41,434 bases of DNA from Candidatus Pacearchaeota archaeon (GTDB lineage: Archaea > Nanobdellota > Nanobdellia > Pacearchaeales > GW2011-AR1), in NCBI GenBank assembly GCA_023475035.1, contig JAMCXF010000006.1:1-41434 (forward strand), given 5' to 3'. Within the stretch, counting starts at the first letter, position 1; each line of letters begins with the position of its first letter. The translations under genes were made by a program, and so were the position numbers. The notes under the pieces are model-generated. The model had not been told where the DNA came from, did not search any database, and was given only the letters and a program-made list of their open reading frames with translations. This document shows positions 21,661-30,622 of the stretch, piece after piece.

Positions 21661-23226
21661 ATGGAATTTTTAGAAAAGATTACTCCGAGAGAATATCAGC
21701 AAAAAATATTTGAAAGATGCAGGGAAAAAAACTGCCTCGTCGTTCTTCCTACAGGACTGGGGAAAACATTGATTGCTCTTATGCTGTCAATCGAAAGAAT
21801 GAAGCAGTTTCCAGGAGAGAAAGTTCTTTTTCTTGCCCCCACAAAACCTCTTGTCGAACAGCATCTTGATTATTTCAAAAAACATCTTCCCGAATTATTT
21901 GGAGAGATGAATTTATTTACAGGGCAGATAAATGCTGAAGCGAGAAAAAAACTCTGGCAGAACACCGACATAATTTTCTCAACTCCCCAGTGCATTGCAA
22001 ATGATTTGAAAAACAGATTGTATGACCTGAAAAATGTCTGTTTGTTAATTGAAGATGAAGCTCACAGATGCATAAAAAATTATGATTACAATTTTGTTGC
22101 ACAAAAATATAAAGAACATGCACAGCATCAGAGAATAATCGGAATGACTGCTTCTCCTGGATATGACAAAACAAAAATCAAAGAAATTTGCAAAAATCTT
22201 TCAATAGAAGAAGTTGAATTAAAAACAAGAGATTCCGACGATGTTAAACCCTATTTGCAGGAATTGGAAATTGAAAAAAATGTTATTGACTTCCCTGAAG
22301 AGCTTGATTCAATCAGGCAAAATCTGAAAAAATTATTTAATTCTTATATTGAGGACATAAAGATGCGCGGAGTTTTTTGGGGAAATGCTTCAAAGATTGG
22401 ATTGATAGAACTTCAAAAAAAATTAATGTCAGCCGTTTCTCACGGAAATAAAAATTATAATTATCTCCTCGCTGTTTCTTCATGCGCAATTGCGGTAAAA
22501 CTCCAGCATGCACTTGAACTTTTAGAAACGCAGACTCTTGCAAGCTTCAATGAATATTTAAAAGAATTGTTCAAGCAGGCAGTCGACAAAAAAAGCAAAG
22601 GGATTGTAAAGCTTGTCAGCAAGCCTGAGTTCAGTTCTGTTTACATAAAATCAAATGAACTTCTTGCAAAAGGAATTGAGCATCCTAAAATTGAAGAATT
22701 AATCAAAATAATCGACATTGAAAGATTCAGGAATGAAAAATTAAAGGTTATTGTGTTTACTCAGTTCCGAGATACAGCATCGGTGATTTCTAAAAAACTG
22801 AATATGATTGAAGGGATTAATTCAAAAGTTTTTGTGGGGCAGGCAAAAAAAGTTTCGTCAAAAGGAGAGAGCACAGGATTGAATCAAAAAGAGCAGAAAA
22901 AAATTATTCAGGAGTTTTCATCAGGAGAGATAAATGTTTTATGCGCGACTTCAATTGCAGAAGAAGGGCTTGATATTCCCGAAGTCAATATAGTCATTTT
23001 TTATGAATCAGTTCCTTCCGCAATCAGGAAAATTCAGAGAGGTGGAAGAACAGCAAGATTAATGGCTGGGAAACTCATAATGCTCATCACAAAAAGCACG
23101 CGCGATGAAAGTTTTTATTACGTCGCAAATGCCCGTGAGAAAAAAATGCATAAAACAATCCAGGAGATAAAAGATGATTTTGTAAATGGAAAAAAAGATT
23201 TCGGTGATGTTCAGAAAACTTTGTAA
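21661..23226 (+). CDS. hef: Hef/FANCM-type SF2 helicase (helicase part only)
   Basis: Start at MEFLEKITPREYQ (21661); the track extension overlaps the upstream gene. Motif I VVLPTGLGKT, motif II IEDEAHR, GMTASPG, VIVFTQFRDT, ATSIAEEGLDIPEVN, motif VI QRGGRTAR. Confidence 0.85.
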   Translation: MEFLEKITPREYQQKIFERCREKNCLVVLPTGLGKTLIALMLSIERMKQFPGEKVLFLAPTKPLVEQHLDYFKKHLPELFGEMNLFTGQINAEARKKLWQNTDIIFSTPQCIANDLKNRLYDLKNVCLLIEDEAHRCIKNYDYNFVAQKYKEHAQHQRIIGMTASPGYDKTKIKEICKNLSIEEVELKTRDSDDVKPYLQELEIEKNVIDFPEELDSIRQNLKKLFNSYIEDIKMRGVFWGNASKIGLIELQKKLMSAVSHGNKNYNYLLAVSSCAIAVKLQHALELLETQTLASFNEYLKELFKQAVDKKSKGIVKLVSKPEFSSVYIKSNELLAKGIEHPKIEELIKIIDIERFRNEKLKVIVFTQFRDTASVISKKLNMIEGINSKVFVGQAKKVSSKGESTGLNQKEQKKIIQEFSSGEINVLCATSIAEEGLDIPEVNIVIFYESVPSAIRKIQRGGRTARLMAGKLIMLITKSTRDESFYYVANAREKKMHKTIQEIKDDFVNGKKDFGDVQKTL

Positions 23227-23240
23227 AAAATTACATAAAT

Positions 23241-23250
23241 CCTTATAAAA
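23241..23250 (+). promoter_or_regulatory. TATA-box-like element (CCTTATAAAA) upstream of the IMPDH/GMPR-like gene
   Basis: Located 21-30 nt upstream of ATG 23271. Confidence 0.4.
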
Positions 23251-23270
23251 AATAATTTTCTAAAAAGTAT

Positions 23271-24317
23271 ATGGCTCGGATTATCGGGAAAGGTTTTTCT
23301 TTTGACGATGTTCTTATTGTTCCGAAATATAATAAAATTCTTTCAAGAAAAGATGTTGATTTGAAAACAAAAGTTACAAGGAATTATACAATTAAAATCC
23401 CAATTGTCGCGGCAAATATGGATACAATCTGCGAAGCAAAAATGGCAATTGCTCTAGGAAAACTTGGAGGGCTTGGAGTTATTCACAGATTCATGACAAT
23501 TGAAGAACAGGCAAGACAAGTTGCAGAAGTCAAAAGTTATGGATTAATTTGTGCTGCGGCAGTCGGTGTTAAAGATGTTGAAGAAAGAGCAGAAGCTCTT
23601 GTAAAATCAGGATTGGAAATTCTCGTAATAGATATTGCTCACGGACATTCAAAATATGCAGGGAAAACTCTTGATTATCTTAAACAAAAATATCCTCACA
23701 TAGATGTAATGGCAGGGAATATTGCAACAAAAGATGCGGCAGAATATTTTTTGTCAAAAGGAGCCGACGCTGTTAAAGTGGGAATTGGTCCAGGGTCAAT
23801 GTGCACAACAAGATTAATGACTGGCGCAGGAGTTCCTCAGCTGACTGCAATAATGGATGTCTACGAAGCAACAAAAGGAGAGATTCCGATTTGCGCCGAC
23901 GGCGGAATAAAAAAACCTGCAGATATTGTGAAAGCACTGGGAGCAGGAGCAGATACAATAATGTCAGGATATATTTTTGCAGGAACAGATGAAACACCTG
24001 GAGAGATAATTGAAATGAACGGAAAAAAGTTAAAGCATTACAGAGGTTCAGCAAGTTATGATGTTGCAGTAAAAAAGGCAGAACTCGACGGAGAAGCAGA
24101 CAAAAAGATAATCAGCATCGAGGGAGAAAAAACATTTATTCCTTACAAAGGCCCTTTATCTCCGATAATAGAAAAATATCTTGGAAGTCTTGCATCAGGA
24201 ATGACTTACATCGGGGCAAGAAATATGAATAGCATTATTGGAAAAGCAGATTTTATAGAGATAACAAATTCAGGAAGAGAAGAAAGCAAAGCAAATGGAG
24301 TTTTAAAATGCGAATAA
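23271..24317 (+). CDS. IMP dehydrogenase/GMP reductase family protein without a CBS subdomain (GMP reductase-like size)
   Basis: GFSFDDVLIVPK, PIVAANMDT, the catalytic loop VKVGIGPGSMCTTR, and ADGGIKKPADIVKALGAGAD. 348 aa, with no CBS pair insert. Confidence 0.8.
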   Translation: MARIIGKGFSFDDVLIVPKYNKILSRKDVDLKTKVTRNYTIKIPIVAANMDTICEAKMAIALGKLGGLGVIHRFMTIEEQARQVAEVKSYGLICAAAVGVKDVEERAEALVKSGLEILVIDIAHGHSKYAGKTLDYLKQKYPHIDVMAGNIATKDAAEYFLSKGADAVKVGIGPGSMCTTRLMTGAGVPQLTAIMDVYEATKGEIPICADGGIKKPADIVKALGAGADTIMSGYIFAGTDETPGEIIEMNGKKLKHYRGSASYDVAVKKAELDGEADKKIISIEGEKTFIPYKGPLSPIIEKYLGSLASGMTYIGARNMNSIIGKADFIEITNSGREESKANGVLKCE

Positions 24318-25405
24318 CAATTTCAGGTTTTCCAGGCGCAGGCAAAGGAACTTTGAGAAAAATGCTTTCTGAAGAATATAATATTCCTTCATTTTCTGTC
24401 GGAGATTTAAGGAGAGAATATGCATCAACTCTTGGTATGGAGATTCAAGATTTCAATAAATTATCAGAAAAAGAACCTATATGGGACATTAAAGCTGATG
24501 AATACCAAAAAGAATGGGGAAAAGAAAAAGAATTTTTTATTTTAGAAGGAAGATTGTCTTATCATTTTTTTCCTGAATCAATACGAATCTTTCTCGAAGT
24601 AGATGAAAAGACAGGGGCAGAGAGGATTATTTATGCAAATAGAAGCTCTGAAAAAAAATGTTCCCTTGATGAGCAAATAATCGCAAACAAAAAGAGATGC
24701 GAAAGTGATATTGAGAGATATTCAAAAATTTACGGAATAAAAAATTGTTATGATGAAAATCAGTTTGATATAATTGCAGACACTACAGAGAGAAACCCCG
24801 AACAGATGCTAAATTTAATCAAAAAGAAAATAATCGACTACAATCAAAAAATGAATCCTTTGACATTTTATATCGGACATCCGACGAGATTGAAAGGAGA
24901 TAAAGAATTTTTAAAAAGGCTGGAAGAATTTTCAGGAAAGTTTAATCTAAAATTTTTCAATCCATTTATAGACAATAAAGCAGAAAAAGAAAATTCTCTT
25001 GGGGAAAAAAGCTACAAGGATTTTGCTGAAGAAGAAGCTAATGCAATGGCAGAAGGAGATCTTATAGGAATATTGGACAAAAAAGTAATTGGAGGGATTT
25101 TTTTCTACAATGGAGATTTTACTGTCGGGACACAGATGGAATCATTAACAGCTTTTCTTGCTGGGAAATTAAACTTGATTGTAACGCCAAAAGGAGAAAA
25201 AGAATTTCTGAGATATCATCCCTTTTTCAGATATCTGAAAACAGAAATTTTCCCCGACTTTGAAGATATGGAGAAATATTTTTCCAAAAATCGCAACGAT
25301 TTGTTTATAAAATTAAGAGAAGTGCGCGAGAGATGGAATAAAAATCCAATAACGAAAAAATTATATCATGAAATGATGAAAAATAAAGTTTATCTGGGAA
25401 GATAA
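24308..25405 (+). CDS. fusion: archaeal-type cytidylate (CMP) kinase + nucleoside 2-deoxyribosyltransferase/Rcl-like domain
   Basis: The N-terminal half has MRITISGFPGAGKGTL (P-loop), ILEGRL and ERYSKIYGI, as in archaeal cmk. The C-terminal half has DLIGILDKKVIGGIFFYNGDFTVGTQMESLTAFLAGKLNLIV, resembling the G-T-x-x-E...GK core of the deoxyribosyltransferase fold. There is a 10-nt overlap with the upstream gene. Confidence 0.7.
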   Translation: MRITISGFPGAGKGTLRKMLSEEYNIPSFSVGDLRREYASTLGMEIQDFNKLSEKEPIWDIKADEYQKEWGKEKEFFILEGRLSYHFFPESIRIFLEVDEKTGAERIIYANRSSEKKCSLDEQIIANKKRCESDIERYSKIYGIKNCYDENQFDIIADTTERNPEQMLNLIKKKIIDYNQKMNPLTFYIGHPTRLKGDKEFLKRLEEFSGKFNLKFFNPFIDNKAEKENSLGEKSYKDFAEEEANAMAEGDLIGILDKKVIGGIFFYNGDFTVGTQMESLTAFLAGKLNLIVTPKGEKEFLRYHPFFRYLKTEIFPDFEDMEKYFSKNRNDLFIKLREVRERWNKNPITKKLYHEMMKNKVYLGR

Positions 25406-25916
25406 TTAATAAAATCCTTTGATGTCTTTATCTTTAGTAGACTTTGCTTCTTCAATCCATGTTTCAATTAAAAATTTTTCTGTTGTTCCATCAGCCATTC
25501 TTATGACAACCTTTTCAATTCCGGCATTAATAATTGCTTTCTGACATCCCTTGCAGGGATAAGAATCTGAAAGTCCTGTTCTGTCTCCGGAAAATTCTCC
25601 GGCAATATAAATTATAGAACCAAGAGTTCCTCCGTTATTTCTTGCAGCGTTTACAATTGCATTAACTTCAGCATGCATAGGTCCTGCCCTGCAAAAATCG
25701 TAACCTTTTCCTGCTTCTTTTTTGTTTTCATTTTTCAGGCAGCCATAATCAAGGCAATTAGGCGCACCTCTCACAGGGCCATTATAACCTGTAGAAATTA
25801 TAGAATCGTCTTTCACAATAATTGCTCCAAAATGCCCGTCGATTGCAAGTGCTTCGCTTGCTCATCTCAAGAGCAATATTCAGGTAAAAATCGTCTTTGC
25901 TAGGTCTCTTTTCCAT
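25406..25916 (-). pseudogene. dCMP deaminase (ComEB/DCTD-like) interrupted by a 1-nt frameshift
   Basis: The N-terminal frame reads MEKRPSKDDFYLNIALEMSKRSTCNRR. The downstream frame reads (H)FGAIIVKDDSIISTGYNGP...HAEVNAI...PCKGCQKAI. Removing one G from the CGGG run (complement of 25835-25837) gives an uninterrupted 169-aa protein: 511 nt minus 1 is 170 codons. Confidence 0.8.
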
Positions 25917-25976
25917 AATAAAAATAGTTTTTAGTTGTATAAAAACATAATTAAACTGCAATAGATACGTCAAAAA

Positions 25977-26675
25977 ATGAAAATAGTTAACACAAAACCA
26001 ATTTTTAACATTTTTTCGAAAAAAACAGAAAAGCCTAAAGTTGAAACAGAAAAGCAAAAAGTTATTGCAGATTACAGAGAAAAAAGTTCTCTTGTTGCTT
26101 CTGAATTAATTTCTCTTGGAATTGAAGTTGAATTTAGGGAACTGAAAGTAGCAGATTATCTCGTGAATAATGTCGCAATAGAAAGGAAAACAATTTCAGA
26201 TTTTATTTCCTCTATGATTAACCAAAGAATCAAAAGGCAATTAGAAGAAATCCAGCAATACGAAAAAAAATTTTTGATAATTGAAGGAATTGATGAGCAG
26301 GAACTTTACAGCGACGATTCAACAGAAGGAGTCAGTGCAAATGCAATAAGAGGTTTTCTTCTTTCAATAATTCTGAAATTCCGGATTCCTGTTATTTTTA
26401 CAAAAAATTTTGAAGATACGGCAAGGTTCATAAATGTCCTCGCGAGAAAAAAAGAAAAAGAATCTTCGCTGAATGTTTCAAAAAAGACACTGAATAAAAA
26501 AGAAAGAATGCAGTTTATTTTAGAAGCATTTCCTGGAGTTGGCCCAAAAACAGCAAAAAAACTTCTTGAAGAGTTCAAAACAATAAAAAATATTATGAAT
26601 GCTTCAGCAGAAAATTTGGAAAAAGCTATAGGAAAAAAAGCAGAAGTTTTCAGGATTGTTGGGGAAGATTATTAA
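25977..26675 (+). CDS. ERCC4-type structure-specific nuclease (XPF/Hef nuclease domain + HhH2)
   Basis: VIADYRE...LKVADYLV..VAIERKTISDFISS (ERCC4 ERK-x3-D signature) and the C-terminal (HhH)2 segment ILEAFPGVGPKTAKKLLEEFKTIKNIMNAS. Confidence 0.85.
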   Translation: MKIVNTKPIFNIFSKKTEKPKVETEKQKVIADYREKSSLVASELISLGIEVEFRELKVADYLVNNVAIERKTISDFISSMINQRIKRQLEEIQQYEKKFLIIEGIDEQELYSDDSTEGVSANAIRGFLLSIILKFRIPVIFTKNFEDTARFINVLARKKEKESSLNVSKKTLNKKERMQFILEAFPGVGPKTAKKLLEEFKTIKNIMNASAENLEKAIGKKAEVFRIVGEDY

Positions 26676-26898
26676 GCAAAAATTTCATAATTTCATCTTC
26701 ATAAAATTTGTCAATTCTCCATATCAAGGTGGAAGGTCTCATATTTCGCTTGTCAATAAATTGATAAATCATTCTGACAATTTCCCCACCATAATCTCCA
26801 TTGAAAGAATTTACCCAGTCAGTAAATTGAACATATGATTTATTGTTATAATTCTCTTTTGCCTGAGAAAGAAGTTCTTTTATTTTTTCTTCATACAT
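26650..26898 (-). CDS. hypothetical protein
   Basis: 82-aa open frame whose 3' end overlaps the ERCC4 gene by 26 nt (convergent). No motif recognised. Confidence 0.4.
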   Translation of the reverse strand: MYEEKIKELLSQAKENYNNKSYVQFTDWVNSFNGDYGGEIVRMIYQFIDKRNMRPSTLIWRIDKFYEDEIMKFLLNNLPQQS

Positions 26899-26951
26899 TA
26901 AAATATAATATGTTTTGCTTTGTTTTTAAAAAAATAGTTATGAGAAAATGT

Positions 26952-26968
26952 CTTTTGCAATGCAAAAG
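26952..26968 (-). terminator. hairpin CTTTTGC-AAT-GCAAAAG between the LigT-like stop and the next start
   Basis: Perfect 7-bp stem read from the sequence, followed on the minus sense by a T-rich stretch. It could alternatively be a palindromic protein-binding site upstream of the 26898 gene. Confidence 0.25.
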
Positions 26969-26996
26969 TTATATAAAACTTGGTTGTCTTTATTTT

Positions 26997-27533
26997 TTAT
27001 ATTTTTAACCTATATGTTTCAAGATTTTCATAAATCGGTCCTGGTCTTCGCACAACAGATTTTTTAAGATAAAATTTTTCTATTATAAAGTTCATTTTAG
27101 GTATTTTTATTTTGTTTAATTCAGCAAAAAATTTCTTGTCATTTTTTATTTCTTTAATTCTTGCGATTGTCAGATGAGCCATGAATCTTTTCTCCTTCTC
27201 GAATAATGTCTCAAGTTTTGAATCAATTTGTTTTTGTAATTCGTCGCAGTTTGTCATGTGAAGCCAGATAATTAATTGTTTCCTGTATCCTCGTCGATTA
27301 TCGAAAAAACCAATGGAATCAATATCAGTTCCAAAAGAATTAATCTTAATTTCTCTCAATTTATTTTTTATTTTTCCCAGTTTCTTTTCATCAACTTCTC
27401 CTAAAAATTTCAGTGTTAGATGCAGATTTTCTTTTTCAGTTATTTTTCCTTTGAATTCAGGCAATTTTTTCTGAATGTCAATTATTCTCTCTTTGATTTC
27501 TTCAGGAATATCAATTGCAATAAATGTTCGCAT
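26997..27533 (-). CDS. 2H-phosphoesterase: 2'-5' RNA ligase / RNA 2',3'-cyclic phosphodiesterase (LigT/ThpR-like)
   Basis: Two H-x-T-x motifs, NLHLTLKFLG and MAHLTIARI. Start at MRTFIAIDIP (27533), 1 nt after the upstream stop. Confidence 0.8.
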   Translation of the reverse strand: MRTFIAIDIPEEIKERIIDIQKKLPEFKGKITEKENLHLTLKFLGEVDEKKLGKIKNKLREIKINSFGTDIDSIGFFDNRRGYRKQLIIWLHMTNCDELQKQIDSKLETLFEKEKRFMAHLTIARIKEIKNDKKFFAELNKIKIPKMNFIIEKFYLKKSVVRRPGPIYENLETYRLKI

Positions 27534-27534
27534 T

Positions 27535-28350
27535 TTATAATAGTTCAGCAAGAATTTTAGCGCCAAGTTTTATTGTAATATTTTCTTTTTTTCTGTCTTC
27601 TTTTTCATTAATTTCAACAATGTCAACTGCTCTCAAAGTTTTAATTTTTTTTATTCGCTGAATCAGATAAATAAATTGTCTGCTTGTCAAACCACCAACT
27701 TCAGGATAGCCAGTCGAAGGAGCAAAAACAGGGTCAATAACATCAATATCGATTGAAACATAAAGTTCCTTGCCGTTTGAAAATTCCATTATCGTATCAC
27801 AAATATCAGGCAAATCTTCGGTAAGAGAATTCATTGAAATAGTTTTTATTTTATTTTCTTTTATGAATTTTATTTCTGTTTTTTCTATATTTCTCGCTCC
27901 GACAATCAAAATATTTTCCGAGGGAAAACCCTCTTCGACTAATTTTCTTACCCATTCCTCATGTGTGGGTTCTTTCATTGGTTCCATGCAGTCGGCGTGA
28001 GCATCAAAAATAATCAGACATGGTTTTCTTTTCTCATTTTTGCAATTTTTTAAAAAGGCCTTAACAATTGGATAACTTATAGAATGGTCTCCTCCTAAAA
28101 AAATTGTCTTTGGTTTCGTTTCAAAAGTTTCGAGAGAATTCTCATAAATTAATTTTCCTGTCAATTCTAAGTTAGAATTATCGAGGTGGATTTCTTCCAA
28201 ATCAAGCAGATTTGTGTCAATTATTGTTCCTTGTTCATTGCTGTGAATTTCTTTCAATGATTCGATTATTGCATTTCCTGCTCTCTCGCATCCTTTTGTT
28301 TTCCCGATGCCATTTATTCCTGGAACTTTTACGATGAACATAAAGAACAA
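27535..28350 (-). CDS. arginase/agmatinase-family ureohydrolase (agmatinase-like)
   Basis: Mn-binding motifs are present in order: FLGGDHSISYP, IIFDAHADC, VSIDIDVIDPVFAPSTG. Confidence 0.8.
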   Translation of the reverse strand: MFFMFIVKVPGINGIGKTKGCERAGNAIIESLKEIHSNEQGTIIDTNLLDLEEIHLDNSNLELTGKLIYENSLETFETKPKTIFLGGDHSISYPIVKAFLKNCKNEKRKPCLIIFDAHADCMEPMKEPTHEEWVRKLVEEGFPSENILIVGARNIEKTEIKFIKENKIKTISMNSLTEDLPDICDTIMEFSNGKELYVSIDIDVIDPVFAPSTGYPEVGGLTSRQFIYLIQRIKKIKTLRAVDIVEINEKEDRKKENITIKLGAKILAELL

Positions 28351-28379
28351 TAATCAAAGAAGTTTTTAAGATTTCTTAA

Positions 28380-28568
28380 TTAAATACATTTCTTGAAGCT
28401 TTGAAAACAACCTTTGACTGCACAATGAAGCTCAGAATAATATAAATAAATTCCAATTGAAATTGCGGCAACTAAGAGAATAATCAAAGAGAAAATTATA
28501 ATATTTCTTATTCTATGTTTGTTATTCTTACCAAAAATCTTGTTACAAAACCTCATCATCTTTTTCAT
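28380..28568 (-). CDS. small single-TM hypothetical protein
   Basis: 62-aa ORF with a basic N-terminus, one TM helix and a Cys-containing tail. Support is weak. Confidence 0.3.
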   Translation of the reverse strand: MKKMMRFCNKIFGKNNKHRIRNIIIFSLIILLVAAISIGIYLYYSELHCAVKGCFQSFKKCI

Positions 28569-28599
28569 GATACAATAAAAGAAAATAAGTTTATAAAAG

Positions 28600-29799
28600 C
28601 TATTCCGGCACCAAAGCCAAAAAGCTGTGTTTTTTTATTTTTGCAATTTCTTTAACATCCTTCAATTTGACTTCAGAAATGTTTTTTTCAAATTCGTAAA
28701 ATTTGTTTGCATTGCCGTCAATTTCATACAAAAGAAGATTGATTAATTGTGATTGAGAATCTTCCATTCCGATGTGATAATTTCCGATTAACTGTTCTTT
28801 TACCTGATTGAGCTCTTTTTCAGTAAGCCCATCAGCAACTTTCCTGAATTCCTCAAGAATTATTTTTCTGACAAGTTCCATATTTTCCTTCGTAGTCCCG
28901 ACAAAAATTATGTTATATGCAAAAAGTTTGTTTATGTTTGAGTCTCCTTTCACAGAATAAGCGAGATTCCTTTTTTCCCTTATCTCGCTGAATAGCCTCG
29001 AAGACATTCCTCCTGCCATCAAAGTTCCAAGAACTTCTGCAGCATAACTTTTCTTTTCTGAAGACAACGGAACATGATAAGCAAGAACAAGATTAACCTG
29101 ATCAATTCCTTTTCTTTTTTCAATTCTTGACGAATTTTTTTTAGAAAAATTAAGTTTAGGAATTTTTCCTTTTATGTTTCCGAAATTCTTTTCTGCAAAT
29201 TCTACAATTTCATTAAAGTCTGCATCGCCGACAATTCCAAGAATCAGATTATTCGGCTGATAAACTTGCCTGAATTTCTCAACAATTTTTTTTCTGTCAA
29301 TGGATTTCATTGTGTCATAAGTTCCAATCAAATTTTGCCCGAGAGTTCCGGTGTATAACTCTCCCTGTATGCTGTCAAGGACATGAATATGAGGATTGTC
29401 CTTTCTCATTTTAATTTCTTCAAAAATTACTTTTCTTTCTTTTTCCAGTTCTTTTTCGTCGAATAAGGGATTTTTCACCATGTCGCTTAAAACTTCAAGG
29501 GCAATTTTCAAATGTTTGCTCGGCATCTTGCACCAGTAAGCCGTTATTGTCTCGTCAGTAAAACCATTCAAATCTCCTCCGTTCTTTTCAATCTCTTCAG
29601 CAATCTTTTTTGCATCTCTGCTCGGAGTTCCTTTGTAAAGCATATGTTCTATAAAATGAGAAATGCCTTTTTCAGAAAGAGTTTCATTTATTCCTCCGTT
29701 TCGCACAGCAAAAGCAACGCTGACAATAGGAAGATTTCTCTTTTCAAAAATTATAGTCATGCCGTTTCTTAGAACTTTTCTGTAAAATTGTGGCTTCAT
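28600..29799 (-). CDS. M16-family (pitrilysin-like) zinc peptidase
   Basis: Inverted zinc motif HFIEHMLYKGT (HxxEH) near the N-terminus. 399 aa. Confidence 0.85.
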   Translation of the reverse strand: MKPQFYRKVLRNGMTIIFEKRNLPIVSVAFAVRNGGINETLSEKGISHFIEHMLYKGTPSRDAKKIAEEIEKNGGDLNGFTDETITAYWCKMPSKHLKIALEVLSDMVKNPLFDEKELEKERKVIFEEIKMRKDNPHIHVLDSIQGELYTGTLGQNLIGTYDTMKSIDRKKIVEKFRQVYQPNNLILGIVGDADFNEIVEFAEKNFGNIKGKIPKLNFSKKNSSRIEKRKGIDQVNLVLAYHVPLSSEKKSYAAEVLGTLMAGGMSSRLFSEIREKRNLAYSVKGDSNINKLFAYNIIFVGTTKENMELVRKIILEEFRKVADGLTEKELNQVKEQLIGNYHIGMEDSQSQLINLLLYEIDGNANKFYEFEKNISEVKLKDVKEIAKIKKHSFLALVPE

Positions 29800-29829
29800 A
29801 AGATAGAAAAAAGTATTGAATATATAAAA

Positions 29830-30606
29830 TTATTTGTTAAAAACCAAATACCTTTCGCCCCCGAGTTCAAAATCATCCAATAGATTAAAATGTTCTTTGA
29901 CAAAATCAACAATCCAGTTCCTTTTTGCCCTGAATTTCTCTCTGCTCCCCAAACTTCTTGTAGCAAAACTTACAACAATTTTATCAGCAATTTCAGCAAT
30001 TTCAGAAATCAACTCTTTTGAATAATTCGGCTTCAAGCTTTCAAGAGCATCAATAACCTTAAACAAAAATACAATCCTCGGTTTCTTTTCTTCTTCAATT
30101 GTTTTCTTAACTTTTTCAGTTTCAAATAAACTTAGATGAATTGCTCTGGCATTTAATTTTTCTTTTCCAAAATAAAAATTCATAAGTTCAACAAGCTGTC
30201 CGACAGATTCAATTGCAGTGTATTTTTTTTTCCTGCCCAAATAGTCATATGAAAATCCATTAATTCCTGCTCCCAAATCAATCACACTTGCAATTTTTTC
30301 CTCTCCAAAAATTCGGCTGTAAATTTTTCCATAATAAGGAAGCCTCTCGCGTGTTGAGATATGCTTTCTTAAAATCCATTCAGTATCTTTGTTCTTCAAT
30401 GACAAAAGTTTTTGGCTGATAAATGCGCTAAAAACCTTCCTCAGTAATTCTTTTGTCAGTTTGATTTTTTCATCGTCGCTGGCTTGTATTTTTTCATAAT
30501 GGCTAAATGCATTTTCAATATCTTTTTCAGGAAGCTGGGAAAATTCTCTTTTCTCGCGTATTTTATCCAAAAGTTGCTTGTTCATAAAATATTTTAAGCC
30601 CAGCAA
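29830..30606 (-). CDS. SAM-dependent methyltransferase resembling the FmrO/Arm/Rmt 16S rRNA m7G1405 methyltransferase family
   Basis: LRKHISTRERLPYY, the SAM motif VIDLGAGINGFSY, FLFKVIDALE, and VVSFATRSLGSR. These parallel HASTRERL, LDxxCG, FK..P.LE and SFPTRSLGGR of Sgm/RmtB-type enzymes as I recall them. An alternative start is at 30585 (MNKQLL). Confidence 0.55.
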   Translation of the reverse strand: MLGLKYFMNKQLLDKIREKREFSQLPEKDIENAFSHYEKIQASDDEKIKLTKELLRKVFSAFISQKLLSLKNKDTEWILRKHISTRERLPYYGKIYSRIFGEEKIASVIDLGAGINGFSYDYLGRKKKYTAIESVGQLVELMNFYFGKEKLNARAIHLSLFETEKVKKTIEEEKKPRIVFLFKVIDALESLKPNYSKELISEIAEIADKIVVSFATRSLGSREKFRAKRNWIVDFVKEHFNLLDDFELGGERYLVFNK

Positions 30607-30622
30607 GTTTAAAAGTTATATC

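Noticed and set aside
25917-26057. Upstream extension of the dCMP deaminase N-terminal ORF (MLFCFNFRLFCFF...).
   Set aside because: It is Phe/Leu-rich translation of AT-rich intergenic DNA and would overlap the divergent ERCC4 gene start. The conserved deaminase N-terminus starts at MEKRPSKDDFY (25916).
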